Shown one piece after another: positions 9,866 to 19,933 of a stretch of DNA of 64,000 bases (position 1 is the stretch's first letter; every line of letters starts with the position of its first letter). The notes beneath the pieces are model-generated. The model had not been told where the DNA came from. It searched no databases and saw only the letters and a program-made list of their open reading frames with translations. A program made the translations under genes and the position numbers. This stretch comes from Clostridia bacterium (GTDB lineage: Bacteria; Bacillota; Clostridia; Oscillospirales; CAG-272): positions 12,067 through 76,066 of the forward strand of contig JAFUOH010000017.1 in the NCBI GenBank assembly GCA_017482055.1, given 5' to 3'.

Positions 9866-11094
9866 AAAAGCTCAGTCTCTTTTTAGCCGCCGCACTCCTG
9901 ACGGCTGCAGTTTCCCCTATAGGAGTCAGCGCATCCGACACGGAGGAGCTCACCTATTCAGACAGTGTCGATTGGGATAAGTTCCGCGGTCAGAACATTA
10001 CGATAAATGTCTACAACTGGGGCGAATACATCTCCGTGGACGACGGCACCGAAGGCGCATTCGACACCAATCGAGCATTCGAGGAGCTGACGGGTATTGA
10101 CGTCAACTATACCAACTTCGCCTCCAACGAAGAGCTGTATGCGAAGCTAAAAAACGGAGGCTCGTCCTACGACATCATCATCCCCTCCGACTACATGATC
10201 GCGAGAATGATAAACGAGAACATGCTTGAGAAGCTGGATTATTCAAACATCCCCAACTTCGAGCTACTTATCTCCGACGACTTTAAGGGAATGGACTACG
10301 ACCCGAACGACGAATATTCGGTACCCTACATGTGGGGTATGGTGGGTCTTATTTACAACACTACGCTGGTCGATCCGGAGGACGATGTTTACAGCTGGAA
10401 TATCCTGTGGAACGAAAAGTACGCAGGCGACATTCTAATGTTCTCCAACTCCCGTGATGCGTTCATGATCGCCGAAAAGTATCTCGGCTACTCCATGAAC
10501 ACCACCGACGAGCAGGAGCTACGTCATGCGGCGAGCGCTCTCACAGATCAAAAGCTGCTCGTACAGGCGTATGTTATGGATGAGATCTTTGATAAGATGA
10601 TCGGCGGCGAGGCGGCGCTTGCGCCTTACTACGCGGGTGACGCGCTAACCATGATCGCCGACAATCCCGAGCTTGCATACGCAGTTCCGAGGGAGGGCAC
10701 CAATCTGTTCGTGGATGCCATGTGTATCCCCAAAGGCGCTAAAAACAAGGAGGCTGCGGAGTTGTACATCAACTTCATGTGCGAGACCCTTGTGGCGCTT
10801 CGCAACTGCGAGTACATCGGTTATTCCACCCCGCAGAAATACGTGCTCGATTATCTTGATCCCGAGCTTGCAAACGATCCCATCGCTTATCCCGATGAAG
10901 CAACGCTTGCAAACACCGAAGCTTTCATCGCACTGCCGAACGCGACCACTCAGCTTATTGACGAGCTGTGGACATCCATCCTTACCGCGTCTGAAGCGGA
11001 GCCGTGGACTATCCCCGTCTTTCTGCTCGCCTGCCTCGGTTTATCCATCGGCATAAACGTTTACAGGCAAGTAAAAAAGAAACGCAATGTGTGA
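9862..11094 (+). CDS. potD: Spermidine/putrescine-binding protein with a C-terminal TM anchor
   Basis: VYNWGEYI, SNEELYAKL, YDIIIPSDYMI, YSVPYMWG, PREGTNLFVD. Confidence 0.92.
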   Translation: MKKLSLFLAAALLTAAVSPIGVSASDTEELTYSDSVDWDKFRGQNITINVYNWGEYISVDDGTEGAFDTNRAFEELTGIDVNYTNFASNEELYAKLKNGGSSYDIIIPSDYMIARMINENMLEKLDYSNIPNFELLISDDFKGMDYDPNDEYSVPYMWGMVGLIYNTTLVDPEDDVYSWNILWNEKYAGDILMFSNSRDAFMIAEKYLGYSMNTTDEQELRHAASALTDQKLLVQAYVMDEIFDKMIGGEAALAPYYAGDALTMIADNPELAYAVPREGTNLFVDAMCIPKGAKNKEAAELYINFMCETLVALRNCEYIGYSTPQKYVLDYLDPELANDPIAYPDEATLANTEAFIALPNATTQLIDELWTSILTASEAEPWTIPVFLLACLGLSIGINVYRQVKKKRNV

Positions 11095-11117
11095 ATAAAC
11101 GCTGATTAATAGCCATA

Positions 11118-11192
11118 GTAGGGACCGGCGTCCCGACGGTCTGTCAGGTGCGATAACCGCACCCGATACGAACTGTCGGGACGCCGGTCCCT
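11118..11192. repeat. GTAG-type REP/REPIN-like palindromic element
   Basis: Begins GTAG; perfect 18-bp inverted repeat AGGGACCGGCGTCCCGAC (11120-11137 / 11175-11192) enclosing a GGTGCG/CGCACC hairpin. Confidence 0.7.
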
Positions 11193-11354
11193 CCATAATC
11201 GGCACATTGCCTCATTGATTTCGCCGCAAATCGGGAAATTATTGTCTTATTATATAAGTTTTATAGCTTATTTTGCATTGAATTATATTACCGCATATAT
11301 TATAATAATTTAAGCGGATATTTTAAACACATTTTTGAAAGGAGCAATATATAC

Positions 11355-12587
11355 ATGGAAAAAGTCAGAGTTGGCTGGGTAGGTCTCGGAGCCAGGGGCC
11401 TCGGGCTTTTAAAAATGGTGCTCAATAATATGCCCGATGTGGACATTGTGGGAGTCTGCGACCTTTATGAGGACAGAACCGAGTGTGGACGTGCGGCAGT
11501 TGAAGAACAGCGTGGTTATTCGCCGGTCACGACAGACGATTACCGCAGACTGCTTGAACGAGACGATATTGACGCCATCATCACCCCGTCGGCATGGGAG
11601 GCGCACACGGACATCTGTATTGACTCCATGCTTGCAGGCAAGCGTGTTGCTGTGGAGGTTGGTGGTGCTTACTCCATCGAGCAGTGCTGGGAGCTGGTAC
11701 GCACCTACGAACGCACGGGCGTTCACTGCATGATGCTTGAAAACTGCTGCTACGGCAAGGAGGAAATGACCATTCTCAATATGGTCAAGAAGGGGCTTTT
11801 CGGCGAGCTCGTCCACTGCGAGGGCGGCTACCGTCATGACCTTCGCGACGAGATCGCACTCGGTAACATCAACCGCCACTACAGACTCCGTAACTACAAG
11901 AACCGCAACGGTGAGCTTTACCCCACCCACGAGCTCGGTCCTCTCGCCAAGTATCTTAACATCAATCGCGGCAACCGCATGACCATGCTCACCTCCATGT
12001 CCTCCAAAGCTGTAGGCGTACATGACTGGATAATGCGCAACAAGGGCGAGAATTTCGAAAATGCCGACCATCGCTTCACTCAGGGCGACGTCGTCACCAC
12101 CTCCATCAAGTGCGCGCATGGCGAGACCATCGTGCTTACCCACGATACCACGCTGCCCCGCGGTTACTCACGCGGCAATGTTGTCCAGGGGACACGCGGA
12201 ATATGGAGCGAGGACAGGCACGGCATACTCCTTGACGGTATGGGCGAGGGCAATTCCTGGGCGCACAAATTCACACCCATAGAGGAGTTTTACGGCGAGC
12301 ATATGCATCCGCTGTGGAAGAACTATGAGGTAGTCGGCGGACACGGAGGCATGGACTATCTTGTCATGCGCGCGTTCATCGAATCGGTGAAGAACGACAC
12401 CGAGCCTCCGATCGACGTATACGACACCGCGGCTTGGATGAGCATCACAGTACTCTCGGAAAACTCCATCGCCTGCGGTTCCATGCCCGTAGCGATCCCC
12501 GATTTCACCAACGGCAAGTGGACGCATAGGAAACCTCATGTACGCTCAAGATACTGCCTTGACGAGGTATGCGAGGATCTGTTCTGA
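11355..12587 (+). CDS. Gfo/Idh/MocA-fold NAD+-dependent glycosidase, GH109 (alpha-N-acetylgalactosaminidase-like)
   Basis: GLGARG, MMLENCCY, YPTHELGP and GGHGGMD motifs. Confidence 0.85.
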   Translation: MEKVRVGWVGLGARGLGLLKMVLNNMPDVDIVGVCDLYEDRTECGRAAVEEQRGYSPVTTDDYRRLLERDDIDAIITPSAWEAHTDICIDSMLAGKRVAVEVGGAYSIEQCWELVRTYERTGVHCMMLENCCYGKEEMTILNMVKKGLFGELVHCEGGYRHDLRDEIALGNINRHYRLRNYKNRNGELYPTHELGPLAKYLNINRGNRMTMLTSMSSKAVGVHDWIMRNKGENFENADHRFTQGDVVTTSIKCAHGETIVLTHDTTLPRGYSRGNVVQGTRGIWSEDRHGILLDGMGEGNSWAHKFTPIEEFYGEHMHPLWKNYEVVGGHGGMDYLVMRAFIESVKNDTEPPIDVYDTAAWMSITVLSENSIACGSMPVAIPDFTNGKWTHRKPHVRSRYCLDEVCEDLF

Positions 12588-12601
12588 TATCTCAAGCATA
12601 A

Positions 12602-12629
12602 CAAAAGGGACTGTCTGCAGTCCCTTTTG
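12602..12629. terminator. Bidirectional terminator between the convergent GH109 and trkA genes
   Basis: CAAAAGGGACTG-TCTG-CAGTCCCTTTTG. Confidence 0.85.
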
Positions 12630-12634
12630 CATTC

Positions 12635-13297
12635 TTATTTCGTGATCTTGTCGATCGCCTTATTCTCTCCGAGAAGCGCTACGGTCTCATTACCGATGAA
12701 CGGCTTTGACGGGTCAGGGGAGATGTTCATGCTGCCCGACTCGAGGTCGCTTACCGCGAGAACGGTTACACCGTATCTGCGGCGCACATCAAGCTCGATC
12801 AGAGTCTTACCCACCCAACGCTCGGGTACAGCTACCTCTACGATGGAATGGCTTTCGGAAAATTCGATGTATTCCAGCACATTGTTGCGGTCAAGGATGT
12901 TGACCAGCTTTTCACCCATATCACGTTCGGGGAAAACCACCATGTCCGCGCCAATCTTTTCAAGTACACGACCATGCTGTTCACTGCCCGCACGCGCTAC
13001 CACCTGCTTAACGCCAAGTTCTTTTAAAAGAATGGTCGTCAGAATACTGTCATTGATGTTCTCGGCGGTCGCGACCACCGCGCAGTCATAGTCCTCGACT
13101 CCCGCGGCATGAAGCACCGCCTCATTTGTGGGATCTCCCACCACTGCATTGGTGACAGTATCACTCATTACATTCACAATATCATCGTCAATATCAATGA
13201 CAAGCACCTGATGATCGGTCTTAGCAAGGTTTACGGCGAGTGTCTGTCCGAAACGACCGAGCCCAATAATACAAAAGCTGCGTTTTCTGTTTTTCAT
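12635..13297 (-). CDS. trkA: TrkA/KtrA-family K+ uptake regulatory (RCK) subunit
   Basis: IIGLGRFG, LEKIGADMVVFPERDMG, C-terminal RCK_C domain. Confidence 0.9.
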   Translation of the reverse strand: MKNRKRSFCIIGLGRFGQTLAVNLAKTDHQVLVIDIDDDIVNVMSDTVTNAVVGDPTNEAVLHAAGVEDYDCAVVATAENINDSILTTILLKELGVKQVVARAGSEQHGRVLEKIGADMVVFPERDMGEKLVNILDRNNVLEYIEFSESHSIVEVAVPERWVGKTLIELDVRRRYGVTVLAVSDLESGSMNISPDPSKPFIGNETVALLGENKAIDKITK

Positions 13298-13319
13298 ACC
13301 TGTTTCCTTTCTCGGAGGG

Positions 13320-14729
13320 TCATCCGATCATCATATTTAATTCCGGATAGCTGATACAGCTGTTTTTCTGCGCACTGCGGAGCATTATCGAGTAGGTAAT
13401 GGTCAGAATACCCACTCGTCCGAAGAACATCAGCGTAATTATGGCGAAATGTGCCGCCGCCGAAAGTGTAGGCGTCAGCGACAGCGACAGTCCAACCGTC
13501 GCGATGCCCGAAAACGCCTCGTACAGCGCATCTATCACACCAACGCCCGTATTTGTCAGCGTAATTATAAGTGTCGCTGCGAATACGGCTAAAAGATCAA
13601 TGCCAATAACGGTCAGCGCGCGGCTGATAGTCTCATGGGTTATCTTGCGCTTCATCACCACAAGTTCACGGTCGCCGCGAGAGAATGCAAGCACCGCAAG
13701 AAGCAGTACACCGAATGTCCCGACCTTAATACCGCCTGCGGTTGAACCGCTTGCACCGCCCACAAACATAAGCAGCATTGATATGAGCTTCGATGATTCG
13801 GTCATAGCAGCGTTGTTTATCATATCAACGCCTGCGGTACGGGTAGTGACAGCTTGGAACAAGCACTGAAATACCTTATCACCCACCGACATATTTCCGA
13901 TGGTTGCGGGATTATTCCACTCGCACAGCATAAGAAGCAGGGTGCCGCCGACGATCAGTCCCGCGGTAATGGCAAGCACAAATTTCGAGTATACCGAAAA
14001 TTGCTTGCGCTCCTTTATAAAGTTTACAAGATCATCCCACACAATAAAACCGATACCGCCGATTATGATAAGCAGCATCACTGTGATGCCGATAATATAA
14101 TTGTCCGAAAGACTCGTAAGACTTGAAAAATTTCCGCCGTAGCCGTTTGTGCCGTCAAGAACGTCAAAGCCGGCGTTGCAGAAAAATGAGATCGCATGGA
14201 ATATACCGTAATATATCCCCTTTGCCCATCCAAACAGGGGCACGAACTGCGTTGCAAGTATTACCGCGCCGACGCCCTCGACAGCGAAGGTGCCGATAAC
14301 TATCCTGCGTACAAGCTGTACAGTGCCACCAACACCCGTAAGTCCCAGAGACTGTGCCACAAGCAGGCGTTCTCTTGGCGTGATATGCCGCTTTATAAAT
14401 ATTGACATCATTACAGCCATTGTCATAAAACCGAGACCGCCGATCTGTATAAGGCAGATTATCACTATCTGTCCGAAAAGGCTCCAGTGTGTGCCCGTGT
14501 CCTCAACGATAAGTCCCGTTACGCATGTGGCACTCGTGGCAGTAAAAAGCGCGTTTTTAGGTGAGGTGAAGCTGCCGTCCGCCGACGATATTGGCAGAGT
14601 AAGCAGCAATGTTCCGATAAGTATGAGCGCGATAAAGCCGAAAAGGATAACCTGTGTCGGAGAGAGTCTGCGCTTGATATTCAGCTTTTTCTTAACGCGC
14701 CGAAGATGATTTCTTGATGCGTTTTTCAT
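13320..14729 (-). CDS. trkH: TrkH/KtrB-family K+ uptake permease
   Basis: Pore loops ATSATCVTGL, FCNAGF, TRTAG and ATVGLS; GGASGSTAGGIKV. Confidence 0.92.
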   Translation of the reverse strand: MKNASRNHLRRVKKKLNIKRRLSPTQVILFGFIALILIGTLLLTLPISSADGSFTSPKNALFTATSATCVTGLIVEDTGTHWSLFGQIVIICLIQIGGLGFMTMAVMMSIFIKRHITPRERLLVAQSLGLTGVGGTVQLVRRIVIGTFAVEGVGAVILATQFVPLFGWAKGIYYGIFHAISFFCNAGFDVLDGTNGYGGNFSSLTSLSDNYIIGITVMLLIIIGGIGFIVWDDLVNFIKERKQFSVYSKFVLAITAGLIVGGTLLLMLCEWNNPATIGNMSVGDKVFQCLFQAVTTRTAGVDMINNAAMTESSKLISMLLMFVGGASGSTAGGIKVGTFGVLLLAVLAFSRGDRELVVMKRKITHETISRALTVIGIDLLAVFAATLIITLTNTGVGVIDALYEAFSGIATVGLSLSLTPTLSAAAHFAIITLMFFGRVGILTITYSIMLRSAQKNSCISYPELNMMIG

Positions 14730-14768
14730 TACATCATTCCTTTACGGTGTTTTTGTCTATGCGGTCGT

Positions 14769-15722
14769 TTATCCGACAAGCGATCTTCTATAGCGCAGAC
14801 GCATGCCGTGATCGGTCATTTCACGAACACCGTCCGGCTTAAAGCCCTGTGCTTTTGCGATGCCGCAAAGCTCATCATCCGCGGCAGGTATCCAAACCAC
14901 GGCATAGCTGCAGCCTATTGACTTTAAAAAGTCCACAGCGCAGTCGGTCATATGCGTACCGATACCGCATCTTCTGTGGCTCGGAAGCACCGTCAGAGCT
15001 TTGATGTCGCCTCCGTCATAGCCCTCTTCATGTCCGCCCGCGCGCGACAGGAGCCGTATCTCACACACGCCGATAGGACGTATGCCGTCATACGCTATCA
15101 GCACGTGATGTCCCGCTTTTTCGATAGTTGTGCGGAGCAAATGCTCGGTGGTACGCATGCTGAAGTCCTGCTCCAATTTTATGATCTCATCGGTATCCTC
15201 ATCTCCCGTACTCACAAATTCGGGGCGGTAGATCTCACATATATCGGCAACATCTATATACTGCGCACGTCTTATGGAGATATCCTTACCCATTCCGCCG
15301 CACAGCTCGTGCGGAAGCGAGATCACCGACAGCTTCGCCTGTATCAGAGGGAATGTAAGCTCGGTGGGCACCGTATCAAACAGCCGCACCTCTCCTATCT
15401 CGGACTCGGGCAGATCACCGAACGAGGCGATCTCCGCAACAAACAGCACGCCGTAAAGCATACTGCCGTTATCATTCACGGAATACGCACATACAGGCAC
15501 GATACGGTATTGCGTAGCGCCCGTTTCCTCGTAAAGCTCCCGCTTCGCACAGTCAAGCACCGACTCGCTTCCCTCCCTGTGACCGCCGGGCATCTCCCAG
15601 GTATTAAAGCCCCGTCTGCGCACAAACACAAGCTTATTTTTATGCCGTGCGGCAACAAGGGATATGGTTATCTTTTCATCCACCGCCTTGTGAAGCGGCA
15701 TGGTTTTTACAATAAGGCTCAT
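14769..15722 (-). CDS. NUDIX hydrolase-GNAT acetyltransferase fusion
   Basis: Complete Nudix box GGHREGSESVLDCAKRELYEETG at the N-terminus; GNAT motif A VLPSHRRCGIG at the C-terminus. Confidence 0.8.
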   Translation of the reverse strand: MSLIVKTMPLHKAVDEKITISLVAARHKNKLVFVRRRGFNTWEMPGGHREGSESVLDCAKRELYEETGATQYRIVPVCAYSVNDNGSMLYGVLFVAEIASFGDLPESEIGEVRLFDTVPTELTFPLIQAKLSVISLPHELCGGMGKDISIRRAQYIDVADICEIYRPEFVSTGDEDTDEIIKLEQDFSMRTTEHLLRTTIEKAGHHVLIAYDGIRPIGVCEIRLLSRAGGHEEGYDGGDIKALTVLPSHRRCGIGTHMTDCAVDFLKSIGCSYAVVWIPAADDELCGIAKAQGFKPDGVREMTDHGMRLRYRRSLVG

Positions 15723-16216
15723 GGATTAAGTTCCTTTCGGTAATAGAGAACAGGGATGTTATCATCGGGCTCCCACGTCACATACTCGGTAAAGCCCCAA
15801 TGAAAATATATGGAAATATTGCGCACCTTGTCGGCTTCAACACCTATTGTCAACGCGGACAGGCGCAGTGTGCGTGCATGCGCCTCGATACGATGCACCA
15901 GCTTTGAAATGTGGCCGTCTCCGCGGTATTCGCGGTCGATGCGCAGTGCATTTATATTGCCGACGCTTATACTGTCTGCAAGTGTGAGTCTGCCGCCGAC
16001 GGCACCGCATTCGGGAGAAATCAAAAGTGTGCCCTGTCCTACAGGCTCACCGTCCGCAGTAACAACAAATGTAACAGCGCGTCCGGTCCTGTTGTAATTT
16101 ATGTATTCCTCGCGCCAGCGTACCCAGCGCTCGTCACCCTCGTTTGCGGCAATATCCTTTTCCCAGATACGCTCAAGCTCTGCGGGAGTTGCTTTGTGAT
16201 AAGAAAATTCGGGCAT
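15719..16216 (-). CDS. GNAT-family N-acetyltransferase
   Basis: NALRIDREYRGDGHISKL, TIGVE, IYFHWGF; ATG at 16216 after AAGGAG. Confidence 0.8.
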   Translation of the reverse strand: MPEFSYHKATPAELERIWEKDIAANEGDERWVRWREEYINYNRTGRAVTFVVTADGEPVGQGTLLISPECGAVGGRLTLADSISVGNINALRIDREYRGDGHISKLVHRIEAHARTLRLSALTIGVEADKVRNISIYFHWGFTEYVTWEPDDNIPVLYYRKELNP

Positions 16217-16582
16217 ATGCTCTCCTTTGACAAGATTGTTAAAAAACCTTCGAAACAATGGCATATACGAATAGCCACATTATATTATACCGCAAAAGAA
16301 CGGTACTGTCAAGGTACACGGCAACATTTTAAGGCATAGTGATGTTAGATCCGCTTGAATTTGTCAGGATACGGTTATAAAGGGGAAATCCGGCGGATGT
16401 TTTATGCTCCAAAGCCACATGCTGTAAAATTTGTACAATCAACTGAGAAAAAAACTTAAATAAATTTTCAAAAATGTTCTTTTATTTTAGTTGATTATAT
16501 GATATAATATAATAAGTGCTTTAAAATGCACGAAAAATGTCAAACCATGAAGCCGCGGCTTCAAAAACACGCAAACATAAAT

Positions 16583-17266
16583 ATGCTTGAAACATTAAGA
16601 AACCTGAAAAACCTCATAGTTGTCTGCGGACACTTCGGTGCGGGTAAAACAAACTTCGCGGTCAATCTGGCACGAGAAAAGGCGGAGGCGGGCAACAAGG
16701 TCACGCTTATCGACCTCGACATCGTCAATCCGTATTTTCGCGCGGCGGATAATGTCGCTGAGCTTACGACGCTGGGTGTCAAATGCGTTGTTCCGGATTT
16801 TGCCAACACCAACGTGGACATTCCCTCTCTGCCGCCCACAGTCATGGGTGCGCTTGAAGCATATGAGCGCGAGCCCGATAGAGTGACCATCCTCGACGTC
16901 GGCGGAGACAACGGTGCGGTAGCACTCGGTATGTACAAACGATTTTTTAAGGAAAACGGATACGATCTTTTGTATGTGATCAACATGTACCGCCCGCTTA
17001 CCGAGGATATTGAGGGCGCGGAAATGATCCTGCGCGAGATCGAATGGTCGGGGCGTATACACGCCACGGGTATCGTCAACAACTCAAATCTCGGTGTCGA
17101 GACCGCCGCCGCCGATATCACCGACACGGATTCGTGGGCGCGTGAGTTTGCAAAAAAATGCGGACTCCCCCTTGTCTGCACCTGCGCCGATGTATCGCTT
17201 GCAGGTAAGCTCGACAGCATCCCCGATGTGTTTTACATCAAAAACGCCACAAAGCAGATATTCTAA
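16583..17266 (+). CDS. P-loop (MinD/CobQ-like) ATP-binding protein heading the vor operon; start may be 16526
   Basis: GHFGAGKT, DLDIVNPYFR, LDVGGD, VNNSNLG. Confidence 0.8.
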   Translation: MLETLRNLKNLIVVCGHFGAGKTNFAVNLAREKAEAGNKVTLIDLDIVNPYFRAADNVAELTTLGVKCVVPDFANTNVDIPSLPPTVMGALEAYEREPDRVTILDVGGDNGAVALGMYKRFFKENGYDLLYVINMYRPLTEDIEGAEMILREIEWSGRIHATGIVNNSNLGVETAAADITDTDSWAREFAKKCGLPLVCTCADVSLAGKLDSIPDVFYIKNATKQIF

Positions 17267-17298
17267 TAAGAAACAATAAACCAAACGGAGGAAATACC

Positions 17299-17511
17299 AT
17301 GAACAAAGTGACATTCAACGAAGATCTTTGCAAGGGCTGCGGACTCTGCGTTCTCGCATGTCCGAAGAAGATCATTTCGCTTGCAGGCGATAAGCTCAAT
17401 AAAAAGGGCTATCATCCCGCAGGTGTTACCGATCAGGAAAAGTGCATCGCATGCGCGATGTGCGCAACTATGTGTCCCGATGTAGTTATCAAAGTCGAAA
17501 AAGACGTATAA
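17299..17511 (+). CDS. 2x[4Fe-4S] ferredoxin-like delta subunit of 2-oxoacid:ferredoxin oxidoreductase
   Basis: CKGCGLCVLACP and CIACAMCATMCP. Confidence 0.92.
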   Translation: MNKVTFNEDLCKGCGLCVLACPKKIISLAGDKLNKKGYHPAGVTDQEKCIACAMCATMCPDVVIKVEKDV

Positions 17512-17527
17512 GTTAAGGAGAATACAA

Positions 17528-18589
17528 ATGGCTAAGAAAGTACTTATGAAAGGTAACGAAGCTATCGCGGAAGCGGCTATCAAGTCGGGATGTCTGCATT
17601 TCTTCGGTTACCCCATCACTCCCCAGACGGAAATTTCCGAATACATGGCAAAGCGCATGCCTAAGGTTGGCGGTCTCTGCCTCCAGGCGGAATCAGAGGT
17701 CTCCGCTATCAACATGATAATGGGTGCGGCAGCTTCGGGCTCCCGCTGTCTTACCTCCTCGTCCTCTCCCGGAATCTCATTAAAGAGCGAGGGCATTTCC
17801 TACCTCGTCGGCTGCGACCTTCCCTGCGTTATCGTAAACGTACAGCGCGGCGGTCCCGGCCTTGGCGGTATCCAGCCCTCTCAGCAGGACTACTATCAGG
17901 CGACCAAGGCTAACGGTCATGGCGACGAGCACATTCTCGTACTCGCTCCCTCCTCGGTACAGGAGATGGCACAGCTCACAAGCGAAGCCTTCGACCTCGC
18001 CGACATCTACAGAATGCCCGCAATGATCCTCGCAGACGGTGCGCTGGGTCAGATGATGGAACCCGTTGACTTCGAGCTCGGCACTAAGCGTGAGATCCCC
18101 GAAAAGACCTGGGCGTGCAACGGTACCGAGGGTAAGCGCAAGAAGAATATTATCAATTCCCTTCTCATCGATCCGGACGAGCTCGAAACCTCGGTGGTCA
18201 ACCGCTTCAAGCGCTACGATGAGATCGCAGAAAAGGAAGTCAAGTACGAGGAATACAAGTGCGATGACGCAGATATCGTTATCGTTGCATACGGTATCAC
18301 CTCTCGTATCTGCAAGACCGCTATCGCTGCGGCTCGCGCCAAGGGTATCAAGGTCGGTCTGTTCCGTCCAATCACTCTTTGGCCATATCCCAAAAAGCAG
18401 CTCGGTGCACTGGCGGACAAGGCTAAGCACTTCCTCGTATGCGAGCTCAATATGGGTCAGATGGTAGACGATGTAAAGGTCGCTACCGAATGTAAGAAGC
18501 CCGTTTCCTTCTTCGGACGCACGGGCGGCGTTATTCCTTCCCCCGACGAGGTTCTCGCGCAGATCGAGAAGCTCGCCGCTGCACTGTAA
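17528..18589 (+). CDS. vorB: 2-oxoacid:ferredoxin oxidoreductase alpha-type subunit (VorB-like)
   Basis: MKGNEAIA, FGYPITPQ, QAESE, TSSSSPG, RGGPGLGGIQP. Confidence 0.88.
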   Translation: MAKKVLMKGNEAIAEAAIKSGCLHFFGYPITPQTEISEYMAKRMPKVGGLCLQAESEVSAINMIMGAAASGSRCLTSSSSPGISLKSEGISYLVGCDLPCVIVNVQRGGPGLGGIQPSQQDYYQATKANGHGDEHILVLAPSSVQEMAQLTSEAFDLADIYRMPAMILADGALGQMMEPVDFELGTKREIPEKTWACNGTEGKRKKNIINSLLIDPDELETSVVNRFKRYDEIAEKEVKYEEYKCDDADIVIVAYGITSRICKTAIAAARAKGIKVGLFRPITLWPYPKKQLGALADKAKHFLVCELNMGQMVDDVKVATECKKPVSFFGRTGGVIPSPDEVLAQIEKLAAAL

Positions 18590-18607
18590 GATCGGAGGTT
18601 CACACAA

Positions 18608-19384
18608 ATGGTAGTTTTTGATAAACCAAAATCCCTCTCGCCCGTGCCATTCCACTACTGCCCGGGCTGTACACATGGCATCGTACACAGACTGGTTGCC
18701 GAGGTTCTCGACGAGCTTGACCTCTGCGGTAAGGCTGTCGGTATCGCACCTGTCGGCTGCTCCGTATTCGCATACAATTATTTCGAGTGCGACATGATCG
18801 AAGCCGCACACGGACGTGCTCCCGCCGTTGCGACGGGCGTTAAGCGTACCCACCCCGACAACATTGTTTTTACATATCAGGGCGACGGCGACCTCGCCGC
18901 TATCGGTACCGCTGAGACTGTTCATGTCGGCGCACGCGGTGAGAATATCACCATCATCTTTATCAACAACTGTATCTATGGTATGACAGGCGGTCAGATG
19001 GCGCCTACCACCATGCCGGGGCAGGTCACCACCACATCCCCCTACGGACGCGACCGCCGTATTCAGGGTTCGCCCATCCGTGTCTGCGAAATGCTCTCCA
19101 CGCTCGACGGCGTTGCATATGCAGAGCGTGTTGCTGTGAACACTGTTCCCAACATCAAGAAGGCAAAAGCAGCTATCAAGAAGGCATTCCAAAACCAGGT
19201 AGACAAGAAAGGTCTCTCTATCGTCGAGGTTCTCTCCACCTGTCCCACCAACTGGGGCATGACTCCCGAGCAGGCGCTTGAATGGGTCAAGACCGATATG
19301 ATCCCCTTCTATCCGCTGGGCGTTTACAAGGATGCTGATGTTAAAGATCTTAACCCCACTTCCACTAAGGAGGTAACCGAATAA
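18608..19384 (+). CDS. 2-oxoacid:ferredoxin oxidoreductase beta (TPP-binding) subunit
   Basis: HYCPGCTHG, PVGC, HGRA, YQGDGD, NNCIYGMTGGQ, STCPT. Confidence 0.92.
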   Translation: MVVFDKPKSLSPVPFHYCPGCTHGIVHRLVAEVLDELDLCGKAVGIAPVGCSVFAYNYFECDMIEAAHGRAPAVATGVKRTHPDNIVFTYQGDGDLAAIGTAETVHVGARGENITIIFINNCIYGMTGGQMAPTTMPGQVTTTSPYGRDRRIQGSPIRVCEMLSTLDGVAYAERVAVNTVPNIKKAKAAIKKAFQNQVDKKGLSIVEVLSTCPTNWGMTPEQALEWVKTDMIPFYPLGVYKDADVKDLNPTSTKEVTE

Positions 19385-19920
19385 TGACTACAAATATTCT
19401 GCTTGCGGGCTTCGGCGGACAGGGCATCCTTTTCGCAGGCAAGGCTATCGCAAAAATGGCAATGGATTCCGAGCTTCAGGTATCCTGGCTCCCTTCCTAC
19501 GGTCCCGAAATGCGCGGCGGTGCGGCTAACTGCTCAGTTATCGTATCGGACGAGGAGATCGGTTCTCCCCTGGTTGTAACTCCCGACCTGCTCATCGCGC
19601 TGAATCTCCCTTCCTTTGAGAAGTTTGAACCGAATGTAAAAGCAGGCGGCAAGCTGGTCTACGACTCTTCCCTTATCGACAAAACTTCAAGCAGATCCGA
19701 TATTGAGGTCTACGGCATCCCCGCAACTGCTATGGCATCCGATGCGGGACTTACCGGTATGGCAAATGTTATCGTACTCGGCTATCTTCTGAAGATTACA
19801 GGTCTTTTTGAGTACGACGCGTTCCTTGAACATATGGTAGCGGGCATTCCCGCTGCTAAGGCAGCGCTTATCGAAAAGAATAAGAAAGCGCTTGAGATGG
19901 GCTACAATTACGCGAAATAA
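19384..19920 (+). CDS. 2-oxoacid:ferredoxin oxidoreductase gamma subunit
   Basis: [19 protein letters not shown]. Confidence 0.92.
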   Translation: MTTNILLAGFGGQGILFAGKAIAKMAMDSELQVSWLPSYGPEMRGGAANCSVIVSDEEIGSPLVVTPDLLIALNLPSFEKFEPNVKAGGKLVYDSSLIDKTSSRSDIEVYGIPATAMASDAGLTGMANVIVLGYLLKITGLFEYDAFLEHMVAGIPAAKAALIEKNKKALEMGYNYAK

Positions 19921-19933
19921 GCGATGTATTGAC

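Noticed and set aside
654-14729. Functional c-di-AMP cluster (cdaA near trkA/ktr)
   Set aside because: The genes are 11 kb apart with unrelated operons between them, and I saw no c-di-AMP riboswitch.
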